From NCBI RefSeq assembly GCF_963676685.1, contig NC_092350.1:3658001-3722000 (forward strand): DNA of 64,000 nt. Reading direction: 5' to 3'. Shown here in pieces: positions 51,171 through 64,000 of this stretch (position 1 is its first letter; each line of letters opens with the position of its first letter). The notes under the pieces are model-generated. The model was not told where the DNA came from, did not search any database, and saw only the letters and a list, made by a program, of their open reading frames with translations. The translations under genes and the position numbers were made by a program. The DNA comes from Mytilus edulis (Eukaryota).

Positions 51171-52833
51171 ATGTCAGACTTTGAATGTGATGATAATGAG
51201 ACGCCCCAATTATTAAAACCTCGAGATGAATCTCCCGACCGAGAAATCATGTTCAGACGGAACATAGGGCCGAGTGGCAGCGGTACCGCCGGGGACGACG
51301 ACGAAGCGGGTCAAGGTGACGTATAAACTGGACCCCTGTTGTGTTCACTTATCGCTACACTGACAACAGGTATGGCCTAAATCCCGTGGTCAGAATTCTG
51401 ACCACGGGATTTAATAATCAGGGCTATGTTTAATTATTTATTATACTGATAGCAAATCAAAGAAAAATTAGCACATTTATTACCCTACTGAGTTCTTAAG
51501 GGAACAAAAGATACCGGCTCAGTTTGTCAAGAACATGTTAACACGCTCGTTGGTCATTTATCTGTGCTACTGCCATGGGGTTAATTAACAGATACTTGTT
51601 TATTTTGCGGCATCGCAGTATTAACATTTGAGGTCAATTTCCTATCACTTTAATTGGCCAATTTTATTAGCGAATCGTTGAGTTTGTAAGACTCGTCCAA
51701 TTAATGCCAATGTGACAATAGCACCAACCCGTTCCTTCGGTGCAAAACTATAGATAGAACGGCGGACCAGTTTAGGTGACGTACCGATCAGAGACGAATA
51801 CCGAGGCGTAGGCGAGAATTTTTACCGTAAAGAATACCAACTTGGACCAAACCAGAGAGATTTACCAGACAGAAACCAAAATATCCGTGGCAACAATCCA
51901 GATTTTGACAACCAGATACCGACAGGATTTCCAAGAGGAAATACAAGTGGAACTACCATTAAACCAGAGCCCTACAATGGAAAGGACAGTTGGGAAGAAT
52001 ATATTTCTCACTTTGAAAACTGTGCAGACCTTGGAAGATGGAAAGAATCTGAAAAAGTTCTTTTGCTTGCTGCTAGCCTATGGGGACCAGCTAGGACGTT
52101 CTATATAAGCCTTACCAGTACTGAGAAAAAATCCTACTGTTTATTAGTCAGAACCCTTGAGCAGAGATTTGGAAATGCCAGACATCAGAATAGATGGCTT
52201 TCAAGATTTGAAACAAGAACCAGACAACCTCAAGAGCCCATTGCAAATTTTGGAGATGACTTACGCCAAATGGCCCAAAAAGCATACAGTAACATAGACA
52301 CAAGAGCCCAAGAAGTCCTTGCCCTTAACCAATTGTATAAAAATATTTCCCTTGAAATGAAGTGTCGTTGCATAGATAAAGATTGTCGTTCAGTTACTGA
52401 AGCAGTAGACCTAATAGAGAGATATGAGGCTCTCTTGGGGGATCCTAATGATAGAAAAAGGGGGAATATAAGACAAGTTTCAGATACTAAGACCTACCGA
52501 AACACCCAAGATACTGACATACCAGTCCAAACCAAAGAAAATGAATCAATCCTACAGCAACTTATTAACAGAATAGATCGACTAGAACATGGTTCAAATA
52601 GTAGCCAGACCACTCAAAGAGGCCCAAGAACTTGTTTTACCTGTAACTCTCCTGACCACTTTTACAGGAATTGCCCTTTGTACAAGAGACCAGCAGGACC
52701 AAATCAAGCTTCCCCACCAAACTCAAATTGGTCGAAAAACAGTCCTAATTACCAAGGACAAAGTGGAAATAACCAACAGAACCAGGGAAACGGTTACCCG
52801 TCAGCTCACCAGACCGGAGCCAGACGGAGTTAA
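51171..52833 (+). pseudogene. gag: Gag, 5' part disrupted; open from ~51754
   Basis: IKPEPYNGKDSWEEYISHFENCADLGRW, R.RQPQEPIANF and CCHC knuckle CFTCNSPDHFYRNC. The probable original start is MSDFEC at 51171. Confidence 0.85.
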
Positions 52834-52844
52834 AAGGGTCTGAC

Positions 52845-55800
52845 ATGGATATAGAGAGTAATGCTGAATTTAATGACAGAATAATACAAGTAGGAAAACA
52901 TTTAGACCAATGGGACAATGGATTGTATACCAATGGTACAATTTCTGGATACAAGCTAGATTTTCTGATAGATACTGGTTCTACAGTATCTCTTATATCA
53001 AACCAAGTTCATAAAGATATTTTCCGGTCCAGTCCAGATGTAAATCAGGAATACCTATCAAATGGTATCCAAACCAATAGTTTTAATTACCCCAATATTG
53101 AAAGTCCACAGGATGAATACAGTCTTCAGAACGTAAATGGGACCAATTTAACTACATATGGAATGGTAACTCTTGAGTTTTCCTTAAGAAGCGCCATCTT
53201 TTGTCACCAATTTATTGTATGTGATATCACACCTGATGCCATTTTAGGACAAGATTTCCTACTTAAGCATGTGAAAAAGATTGACTACAGATCTCATATA
53301 CTCCAAACATAAAATTTAGATATTAAATGTTGGGTGGGGGGAGAATTTAGAATGACCTGTCGTGTGTTAGCCAAAGATACTGTTGTTGTACCATCAAACT
53401 CTAGTATGACCTTACCTGTTAATGTACCAAACAAGGAGCATGTTACTAGCATAGCTATAATAGAACCCTGCAATCTTTTATACGAAGAAAAAAATATCTC
53501 TGTAGTTAGTGGTATAATAAATTCTGATGACGAATACCCGTTCGTCCAAGTGGTTAATTACAGTGACTCAGATGTTAAGCTTTATCCTAACACCATGCTT
53601 GGTACTTGTGAATCTGTAGCAGCCTTCCCGGAGTTAAGACAAGACAGATGTGCAGGCGTCAACATTATTCAAAGCAGGCAAGTAGAACCTGATGAAAACG
53701 GAGTACCAGAGCACCTCCAAGACCTTTTGGCAAGAAGTTGCACACATTTGACGCCCAAAGAAAAGATGACCCTTGCAGAACTCCTGAATAAATTCCAAGA
53801 TGTATTCTCAAGGTCCCCAGAAGACATCGGAAGAACTAATAAAATCAAACACAGCATTGATACTGGAGATGCTCGTCCAGTTAGAGTACCACCCAGGAGA
53901 CTACCAATTGGTAAGAGAGAAATAGAAAGGACAGAAGTTTCAAAAATGTTAGAACGTGGCATTATTGAGCCTTCAAACAGCCCCTGGAGTGCACCTTTAG
54001 TCTTAATAACCAAACCAGATCTAACTACCAGAGTATGTGTGGACTTCAGATCGTTAAACCAGCTGTCCAGAGTCGATTCGTACCCCGTTGGGCGAGTAGA
54101 TGACTGTTTAGAGGCTTTATCTAACTCTAAATTGTATAATTTAATGGACTTAAATTCAGGGTTTTGGCAAGTGGAGCTTTTGGAATCTGACAGAGAGAAA
54201 ACAGCTTTTTCCACCAGTCAGGGCCTGTACCAATTCACTGTAATGCCATTTGGATTGTGTAACAGCCCAAGTACCTTTCAGCGTTTAATGGAAGATGTCC
54301 TCAGGGATCTACAATGGAGGGAATGTTTAGTTTATATGGATGACATCATAGTACCTGGATCAACATTTGAAGAATGTGCCAAGCGACTGGAACATATTTT
54401 TGAACGCCTTTTAGAAGCTAATCTAAAACTCAGGCCTCAAAATGTAGTTTTTTCCAAAAGAAAGCAAAATTCCTAGGTCACATTGTTTCAGAAGAAGGTA
54501 TAAGCACTGATCCAGGAAAAGTAGAATCTGTTAAAAACTGGCCAGTTCCCAAAACTATCAAGCAAGTTCGCAGTTTCCTAGGCCTAGCCTCGTATTACAG
54601 ACGATTTTCGGAGGATTTGCCAAAATAGCCCGCCCATGAAACAAATTATGTGAAAAAGGGGTAAAATTGACCTGGACTGACGAGTGTAATGACTCATTTA
54701 AGACCCCGAAAGTGGCACTTACAACGTCACCCATTCTTGCTTATCCTGTACCGGGCCAAACTTTTATTTTGGATACGGATGCCAGTCAACAAGCTGTTGG
54801 TGCTGTACTTTCACAAGAACAGGAAGGAAAGGAGCATGTGATAGCTTACATGAGTAAAGCTTTATCAAGGCCTGAACAATCTTACTGTGTAACAAGAAAA
54901 GAACTCCTAGCAGTTGTAGCAGCTTTAAAACATTTTCATTCATATCTATACGGTCAAAATGTACTTTTAAGAACAGACAATGCTGCAGTCAGTTGGATGA
55001 AAAATTTAAAGAAACCTACAGGTCAGACTGCAAGATGGCTCCAGGAGCTAGGTACCTATGATCTGAACGTCATTCACCGCCCTGGCCTGAAACATACCAA
55101 TGCAGATGCCCTATCCAGAGTGCCCTGTACGTCCTGTCTAAACCAGCAGACACAGAATGATGTGCAAAATATTGAAGAAGACAGCAAAGAGACAGCAATT
55201 CCCCAATGCACCCCACTTAATCAAATCAGAGCTGTAACCAGATCCAGACAGGTTATTCCAAGTGCAGGATTAACGAAAATTAAAGACCTAGTGATAGATG
55301 GTTGGGGCCAAATCTCACTAAGAAAATCACAATTGGATGAACATGAGATATCTGAAATTCTAATGAGAATAGAAGACAAAAAGCGCCCAGAGTGGAACGA
55401 AATCTCCAATCAATCTGCAGTTATAAAAACCTTATGGAGACAATGGGACCGACTGGAAATACACCAAGGTCTTCTTTACAGGAAATGGATCGAAAATGAG
55501 ACAGAAGAATTTCTGCAACTAATCGTACCAACATCAAAAAGACAGGAAGCTATCAGATATTTTCATGATATCCCAACAGGAGGTCATTTAGGCATAGATA
55601 AAACCTTAGATAGAATGAAGAAAACCTTTTATTGGCCCTCAATGAAAAACACCATTGTCGAATACATAAAACGATGTGACAGTTGTGCAGCCCAAAAGCA
55701 ACTACAGGCAAGAAAGGCCCCTATGGGAAAATTCCTCACTGGTGAACCTATGGAGCGAGTCGACATGGATATACTTGGTCCTTTCCCAATGTCTAAAAAC

Positions 55801-56650
55801 AACAATAGATTTGTACTAGTTCTATCAGATCTGTTCACTAAGTGGACAGAAGCATATCCTCTACCAGACCAAGAAGCAAAAACAGTGGCCCAGGCCCTAA
55901 CCAATGAATTTATAAGCAGATTTGGAACACCTCTCCAACTATACTCAAACCAAGGTCGGAATTTCGAGTCAACACTTTTAAAAGAAGTATGCCACCTGTT
56001 ACAAATAGAAAAAACGAGAGCGACCAGTATGAGGCCACAAGCAAATGGCTCTGTTGAAAGATTTAATCGCACATTAGTATCCATGGTTAAAATGTATTGC
56101 CAAGACAATCAAGACTGTTGGGATGAGTTTATACCCCAGTTACTGATGGCATACCGGTCATCAAAACATGCGAGCACCGGTGTAACACCAAATAAAATGA
56201 TGTTAGGAAGGGAGATAACTCTTCCAATCCAAGACTTTATCCCAGAACCAGAAATAGAATATGAAAACAAGGTTAAACCCCATGAATATGTAGAATTACT
56301 CCAAAGTTCCCTTATCAAAGCCCATGCCCATGCAAGAAAACACCTTAAAGGAAGTCAAGAATATCAGAAAAAATATTATGACCAAAGTGCCAAGAAGAGA
56401 TAATTAATTGCAGGACAACCAGTATGGCTACATGACCCAACCAGGAAACCAGGCGTTTGTTCAAAATTGTTGCCTAAATGGAAAGGAACCTTCATAGTTT
56501 TGAAGAAAATTGATGATCTTACATATATGGTGAAAAAGTCACCACGGCAGCCAGCAAAAATTACCACATAGACCGGCTAATACCATACAAGGGCAGAAAC
56601 CCACCAACCTGGTACAAGGATAAAGTAGAAAAAAACAATGAGAAATAAAA
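52845..56650 (+). pseudogene. pol: Pol polyprotein (protease, dUTPase-like linker, RT, RNase H, integrase), several stops and frameshifts
   Basis: FLIDTGS; SPWSAP, YMDD; LDTDAS, TDN; H..GGH..C..C, DILGP, YSNQG (second catalytic D to N), VERFNR; KLLPKWKGTF. Lesions at ~53310, ~54440, ~54610-54640 and 56401. Confidence 0.95.
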
Positions 56651-57658
56651 GTTGTAGTGATTGGCAGAAGATTTGACACATATGTATATACTGTTTATTG
56701 TTAATTTTGTATTGTGAAGAGAGACAGGAGGAGTTATACTGGTGACGATGCGCACTTTCCAGTAAATGTTTTTGTTATAGATCCTGTGACGTCTAGACTC
56801 ATTGGATACTTGAAGATAATCCTTTATTTTTAGAGTGGAATTATGGGATTGGCCATCCTAGGAATTCCGCTAAATATTTTATGTTAAATTTTTGTACTCC
56901 TGAAGGTAGGAGATAGATGAAGAAGAGAAGTCCTGTACAGTCAGCGAAGAGACTGCTGATGATGTATATAATCAGTTTACCGTGCATATATGTAAAGATA
57001 GCCATATTGTAATCCTTGTACCAGTGTTGAAATGTGACAAAAGAAATAAAGTTATTTCCCTTGTAATTGAATTAGTTTTGTGTGTATAAAAGACCTGTCC
57101 TGTCCAAGCCTCCCTTGTAGCCAGGTACTCAGTGTGGATATATTGCCAGTATCCTTTACTATAGTAATACCTTAGTGTAGGAATATTTAGATGTATAATA
57201 TACACCTGTATCATTTACCATACAGCCAGTTCCCAATGAGAAGTAGCTGATGGGCTATATTGTATTAAACAAAACCAAAACCAGATGCTAAGCCATCATA
57301 TTACCAGGATTCCAGTTGTTCCAGCTATTTAATTTCCATGAGTTATGTTATAATGAATATTCCAGAAAAAAAGTATACAGTTAAGGGAAGATAATTGAAA
57401 AGAAAATATTACTTAACCGCTTTCAAACCAGCCACAGAAATAACTAAGGGAGACTAGTTCCAAAATAACAAACCACGATTGCTTACCTAAAGAAAAATAC
57501 CCAGAACTACATGTAGCCATAAGAGAGACAGAATAGGAAGATATTTATGTATACCGATAACCAAGAAATAGATATCACACTGTTCAATGCTTAAATAAAA
57601 TACCATGTCACTGTTAACACCCTAACTTACCATCCGGTTCAAATTGATATCTTTCAGA

Positions 57659-59378
57659 ATGAGACCACTGAACTTAGATGAGTGCTGGATTTGTCAACAG
57701 CAATTCCCTGACCAGAAGACATTAAAGAGACATCTAGCCAGTAAGGGAACGCATTGAGGCCGACTATCTGTTGTTTGTCTGTGGTGTTTCTCCAATGAGA
57801 AGAGGTTCTCCAGGATCAGTGACCTGAAGTGCCACCTGGACGAGAAACACCCAGATATAGCACCAAAATTAGAAAAAACCTTCATGTCTGAGGCCAATGG
57901 ATACTGGTTTAGCGTTTTTCCTGAGGACTATAGGAAAATTGTCACCAAAGTCACTCCAAAGGGAAGTCCTTCTGCCGTCCAGGCAAGGAGCCATGTCACC
58001 AGTTGGTTGGGGAAGTGCAAGTCCATACGAAGATGTCGAAGATTAAGACAGAGCTGGGTGAATGATTGGGCAAACCATCCCAGAGATACAGATGTGGTTG
58101 GAACACCTAGACAGGGGATCAGGGAACCATCTGTGGAGTCGGCAGTGAGTGAGTGGGAGCAAGACGTGCCCACTATCACCTTGGAAGAGGACGCACCAAT
58201 GGAGGAGTATGACCCCCTGTTGCCATCAGTGCTCACACTCCACAGCATTCAGATGACCACAGATGGACCTCTGATTGCCCTCTTCACCCTAACAGTTAAG
58301 GAGATGATCTGGTACAGGGTCGAGATTGACCGAGATTGACCAAGTGATAAGAATGGTGGAGAAGTTTAAGGCAGCATTAGAGAGGAAAGCCAATATCATC
58401 AGGCCAACTGACATTTCCACAATGTCCCATAACGGATCACCAGTTTACGGGGAGGAATTTTATCACAAACATCAGATGTGTGCTGACACCCTTAACATCT
58501 CTCCTGCCTTAATAACCAGGATAGAAAGACGACCAGACATCTTCTCCTCAGTCTCCAAGACCAAACCCATCGTGGCTCCAACCAAATCTCCACTTGCTCC
58601 AACCAACCAGTCTCCATCTGCAACATCATCTGCACCCAAGTCTTCACCATCTATACCCAAGCCTCCATCATCAGCATCCAAGCCTCCATCATCTGTACCC
58701 AAGCCTCCATCATCTGTACCCAAGTCTCCATCATCTGTACCAAAGCCTCCATCATCTGTACCCAAGTCTCCATCACCTGCATCCAAGCCTCCAACATCTG
58801 CATCCAAATCTCCATCTTCTTTGATAGCCAGCCGTCCAGTGGTCCAACCCCCTTCAAGTTCAACAGATTTGACCCTCGCAGAGGAAACCCCCATCCAGAA
58901 AAAAGCCAGGGAGATCTTAACCCTGGGTTCCATGCCAGCAATACCACCTGCCAGAAGGGACTGGAAAACCAAATCTATTAAGATCCCAACTGGATCCACA
59001 TTCTTGCAGTGGCCACCTAGGGAGTGGGAAACCCTAACACCAGACAGCAAGTTGTTGGCCTGGGAATTCGCCGCTTCCCAGTTGGAGTATCACTCCACTG
59101 GGAAATTTCCCAAACTGGATAGAGTTGATTTGTTGGACAAGTACAATTTCCTGGCCCTTCCTGGCACAAAAGAACAGAAGATCAAAGGCAAGGAAAACCT
59201 AGTTAGGAAATGTAGGTATTACAACTACGAAATCCTTAGGACCACCATCAACAATGACAACCCGGACTTCAAAATAATAGTTAACCAGTTGTATATAACA
59301 AGGGATTTGAGGGACACTTCAACCGACAAAATAATTGATCTGTGCAACCATAGCAAAATACCTTTGCGTTTATTGTGA
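57659..59378 (+). pseudogene. Extra ORF3 of the Gypsy element: two C2H2 zinc fingers, acidic region, Pro/Ser repeat, WPPxxW C-terminal domain
   Basis: ATG 57659: CWICQQQFPDQKTLKRHLASKGTH*GRLSVVCLWCFSNEKRFSRISDLKCHLDEKH, in frame with ORF 57884. The 10-bp duplication cgagattgac at 58321-58340 causes the shift into ORF 58326-59378. Confidence 0.85.
58655..58815 (+). repeat. 21-bp coding tandem repeat (KPPSSVP-type, ~7 copies)
   Basis: ccaagcctccatcatctgtac repeated in frame. Confidence 0.9.
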
Positions 59379-59520
59379 ATTAACATACCATGTACTAACT
59401 TTACCATATATAGCAGATATAATTTTAATCACAGTGGAAGTAATATGTCTTTTTGCGTTCTAAATAATGTTTCATACATTAACTATATTATATCTAAAAT
59501 TCAGGAGAATTTCCGTTTCT

Positions 59521-59533
59521 AAGGAGGGGATAG
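59521..59533 (+). promoter_or_regulatory. Polypurine tract
   Basis: aaggaggggatag directly before the 3' LTR. Confidence 0.85.
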
Positions 59534-60928
59534 TGTAACAACTGGACAATTATAACATTTAATAATTTTTACAACCTGGAATTTACTATGCTAACAGAAG
59601 AAATAAGTCAACTACAGATGGATGAAAACTTTATTGGATGATGGCCTGCAACAGAAATATTATTGACTTTATGAACATTTATTTGAATTGGACATACTGT
59701 TTTATTTGCAACTTTTTAACTTTATGCATTTTGTTTAGCAAGTGCCCCTTCCACTTGGTTACCAAACTCGTTTTACTGTATAACATATTTTTCATAGATT
59801 GTAAGGTGTCTGGCACAAATATGCATATACCTGAGATTATATTTCAACCCATTATAAGTCCTGAAAGTGTCTAAGTAAGGAAATATTTAAGTTTTACTAT
59901 CGGTCCAAAGCATTTTTGGTTTTTTCTCCGTGAAGAGTCATTTTACAGGTCATGTGACCGCAGTAGGAAATATTTTTGTCGTTGTCATTATATATCTTAA
60001 ATCTCTTAAGGATTCTATAAGAGTAAGAAATAAGTCATTACATTAATAGTTTTATTAAGGCTCCATTATTTATATCTGTTAAAGATTAGTTTCTTAGGGA
60101 TTATATTGTAACCAGTTTACTGCTGGAATTTAGTATCAGTACTCCCGGCGTCTGCTCTAGTCCTACGCACGGCTAGAAATTGGAAACAAGTAGTAACGAA
60201 GTTTTAAGCTTCTTTTGCTAAATTTAAATAAAGGAAAAGTTAGGACTTTGGCCCATTTGTATAATAATTAAAGAACAGGCATTTTACTGTCAATTTTACA
60301 TGTGATTTTTAAATGTGCAGGTTTTCCTGTCAAGCCCTTATTTTATCGGATATTTTCCTGTCAGCCCAGACAGAGTTCTCATTGGCCCTCAGGGATCCCT
60401 GGCTAGATCCCTTATTTTCTATTGGCTTTCAGGGATCTCAAAAGTATATAAATAAGGTTCCACTCAGTGAAATGGCGGATAACTTGTTAGCTCAAGCCTA
60501 ACTAGTAGCTAAGCCTTAACAACCTGAAAGTTTATCTTTACCAGACCTAGCCCAACAGAAAAGCCAAGCAGGTTAATATGCTTTAATAATATAAGATGAA
60601 GTATTTTTAAGGAAATGTAAATATAAAGGCAGTTATCCCCCACCACACTGAGTGACCTAAATGACCCGAAAACTGATTACTGATTAAGCGTCTGCATGTC
60701 TGCATTTGTCTGTGTACTATATACCATGAACATGTAAAAATAAATATAATATACGTTCGAACCTATAGTTTATGGACTGAGAAATATGAGTGCATTGCCT
60801 GGCATCCATTCGTCTTTAGAGGTAGAAGAAGGAAAAACCCCAAGATGCAGAATATTCCTGACGAGAGCCCCAAAACTTGTCAACAGACCCTTCCACAATT
60901 ACTCGGCCTGTGGCGGCGGTTTGTTACA
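59534..60928 (+). repeat. 3' LTR (1395 bp)
   Basis: Direct repeat of 49487-50879. Confidence 0.97.
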
Positions 60929-62789
60929 ATATAATGGAATTTGATGCGACTGTCATACAATTGAGAGGTTAAGCTAGCTATAAAACAATGCTCAATTCAA
61001 CATTTTTTACACTTTTACCGACGGTACAAGGGTTGTATAGCCAGGCAATGTCGTTAATACCTTCCATCTGTTGTATTGTGTACACCAGAAAAAGCCAGTA
61101 CCAAGTCAGGAATATGACAGTTGTTATCCATTTGTTTGGTGTGTTTGAGCTTTTGATTTTGCCATTTGATTAGGGATTTTCCGTAGTTCAATATTTTTGT
61201 GATTTTACATTTTACATTCTGCAAATATTGATAATGGCAGTGGAGTTGCGTAATAAACTGGAAACAATGCAACTTATATGAAGAAATGCTTACAGGTTTA
61301 TTGTGTGAATAATAAGTTTATAAACCTTTAGATTTAATAATGAACCTTTGTACCATGAGTTCATTTGAAAACATATTTGAGCCATGCAGTAGTTATTCGG
61401 GGTCTCTTGGTATCGTTAATTCTAGGATTCCAAAGGCTATTATCATGTTTTGTCTTATGTCAGAATATAATGAGCAAACTGTTAAAAAATGTGTATTGGA
61501 AAGAAGTGACAGTTTAAAATACACTATTCAATCTTAGTCATGCGTGATGAATTTGACCTTTTCGTCATCCAGCAGAAATGTATAAATGGACTAAATCATA
61601 TGATTCTTAACTACAGATAGATATTTACAATTTCTTTCATTTAATGGTAAATAATTTCCTAATTTGATGGCGTCAACCTTATAACAAAAAAAGGAAACAT
61701 ACTATAATTGTTTTCGGACACGTCATTTGAACTATTAGTACTTGCATTGACTTATAGGATCATTAAATGCGATATATATTTCCCGAGTACTAGTAATCCA
61801 TATCAATAACAGTATTTAAAAATGACATCCATTGTATCATATACACTTCCTGCTAGAAATATGGTTGGAATGTTGAGATACAGATAAATGCTAAAAAAAT
61901 AGACATAGTTGTGAAATTATAAAAAAAAGGGAATAATAAAATTAAAATAGAACGAGTGATTAATAGCAATAGAAGAAACAACTGCTAGAAAATAAAATGA
62001 AGAAAAAAATGAAGAAAAAACAAACGTGAAATGAAACTGCTAGTTCACATTGTTCATGCGTTGTTTCCTATATAAAGAAGAGGTGTAGTATGAATGCTAT
62101 ACCTGTACTTATAATTAGTTAATCTTTTTTTGAAAAAATAGGCATACGGTTTCAAATATATAAATTTCGCAATATGAAATTAATCTTGAATTTCCCCCAG
62201 TCGGTAAATCCAAGGTTAACGGTTATTCCATGTACATAACAAAATGAACTATACAGTGTGACCCAGCAACTAAATGAACAAAAAAGTAAAATCACAAAAA
62301 TACTGAACTCAGAGGAAAATCCAATCGAAAAGTCCATAACCACATGGCAAAATCAAATGACAAAACACATAAAAAACGAATGGACAAGAACTGTCATATT
62401 CCTGACTAAAAGAAGTTGAAAGTGAAATATTTCCTTTTTATTAACCGATATGTGTATCACATGTCGCTCGTATGAATAAAAAGAATTAAAGTTCTGATAT
62501 CTTACCTTTGTGCTTGAGCTTTTGATTTTTCCATTTTACAAAAAACAATTTCCGTTTCGAATTTCCCTTGCAGTTTTTGTTATTTCATCTTTTGACACAA
62601 AACTGTTTGCCTATATCGGCAAAAATTGCCAAAGAATCATAAAACGTATTTTTTATTCCCCCTAATAAAAACCTCTTTAAGACGCTAGTAATGGCAACAG
62701 TACTATAATATAAGACAAAACCTCATCATACATAATAACAGATTGCAACACGTTTCCGAGTGTAGATATGTTAACTCATCGAAACCACA

Positions 62790-63260
62790 CTCACTTATCC
62801 AAGTCAACTGTAATCCTGAACCAGCTCAATGAAGTGGCACGCAACATTGACTCTTTAGGTAAATTTAAAACCGAACTATGAAATCTTAAATTGAATTCAA
62901 AAGCCCAAGTACCAAAACATTATGACTTTAGCAATCGTACACTCAACATTATTTTGACACAACTTAGGTGCTCAGCTTCATTTTTGAATTATGATCTTAA
63001 CAGTGTCAACATTATTTCAGATCCGTCTTGTAGTTGTGGTGCTAAGTGCGAAGATTCACGTCACTTCTTTTTTTATTGTCCTAAATATGCGAATATAAAA
63101 AACCAAATTATTAAGTAATCTACATTGGTAACCAGATAACTCTATACTAAACATCTTAACCTCCGGCGATATGTCTTTCACTAATGTTGAAAATGAAAAA
63201 AATAGAAAAGAATGTATTTGAATTTATTAAAGAGTCTAAGAGGTTTCCAATTGTGTAATA
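62790..63260 (+). mobile_element. Degraded LINE 3' end (CR1/L2-like, C-terminal zinc-binding region)
   Basis: IILTQLRCSASFLNYDL...CSCGAKCEDSRHFFFYCPKY. Confidence 0.7.
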
Positions 63261-63278
63261 TAGCACATTATCAAGTGC

Positions 63279-64000
63279 GAGGGTAAATCAAAATTTCAAT
63301 TAAAAAACTGGAGACCTATCACTTTATTAAATGTTGATACAAAAATTGCATCAGCTGCATTAGCAAATAGAATAAAACCTTTTCTTGGGGATATAATTAG
63401 TGAAACACAGCAAGGTTTCATAAAGGGGAGGTATATTGGAGAATGTACCAGGCTTATTTTTGACATTATGGAAAAGGCAGAAGATGATAATCTACCAGGT
63501 CTTTTACTTTTATTAGACTTTGAGAAAGCTTTTGATACTCCTGAGTGGTCTTTTATAGACTTGGCTTTGTCTTTTCTAGGATTCGGTCCTATTTTCTGTA
63601 GATGGGTCAAGACCTTATATTCAGAATCTCAGAGCTGTATTATAAATAATGGACATTGCTCTCAATTTTTTAATATTGGTCGGGGTGTTAGACAAGGTGA
63701 TCCTCTATCTCCATATCTCTTCATATTATCTTTAGAGCTTATGAGTGCTGCACTTAAAAATAACCCAGATATAAATGGTATGAAAATAAATGATTCTGAG
63801 TATCTACTAAGCAAGTATGCAGATGACTCATGTCTATTATTAGACGAGGATGAGAAATCTTTAGATAAATGTTTATATACTTTAGAAAAATTTTCTGAGT
63901 GTGCGGGACTTAGGGCTAATTTTGATAAAACAGAAGCCATATGGATTGGGTCAAAGATTCACTCAAGGGATAAACTAACAACTACAAGAAATTTGAACTG
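63279..64000 (+). mobile_element. L1/Tx1-clade LINE reverse transcriptase, 5'-truncated, frame open to the window edge
   Basis: LKNWRPITLLNVDTKI, QQGFIKGRYIGE, LDFEKAFD, GVRQGDPLSPYLF, YADD. Confidence 0.93.

Larger units (their letters stand above)
49487..60928 (+). mobile_element. Full-length Ty3/Gypsy LTR retrotransposon (11.4 kb), ATAT target-site duplication
   Basis: TG...CA LTRs, PBS, PPT and gag-PR-RT-RH-IN order. ATAT at 49483-49486 and 60929-60932. The empty site gtcaatataatgg is seen (reversed) in the repeat copy at ~7625-7640. Confidence 0.97.

Noticed and set aside
57755-57757. Selenocysteine readthrough of the TGA in Gypsy ORF3, or in the Naiad element
   Set aside because: The TGA is in the inter-finger linker, not at a Cys position, and no SECIS was recognised. 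The Naiad copy's stop is TAA.
57884-59378. env gene or host mucin/extensin
   Set aside because: No signal peptide or TM helix is evident; the Pro/Ser content comes from a 21-bp repeat inside the LTR element.

Overview
Eukaryotic, AT-rich DNA, most likely from a bivalve (Mytilus-like, judged from the repeat families and hammerhead retrozymes). The backbone is a birth-and-death cluster of single-coding-exon Toll-like receptor genes: two intact (4815-7316 +, 41947-44451 -), one broken by a single nonsense codon, and two decayed fragments. The spaces between them hold a 96-bp satellite, minisatellites, a decayed Polinton/Maverick, two C-terminal-endonuclease Penelope-like elements with hammerhead ribozymes, Naiad-type (N-terminal GIY-YIG) Penelope elements, retrozymes, a MITE, LINE fragments and a full-length 11.4-kb Gypsy LTR retrotransposon. 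Three observations are not visible in the ORF track. (1) A frameshifted TATA-binding-protein-like gene lies inside the Polinton, directly upstream of its integrase. (2) The Gypsy element carries, in the env position, a reconstructable ~570-aa two-C2H2-zinc-finger protein behind a splice acceptor. (3) The 60-bp minisatellite overlaps the last codons and stop of a TLR pseudogene and appears to derive from them. All alignments and counts were done by eye; no database searches were run.
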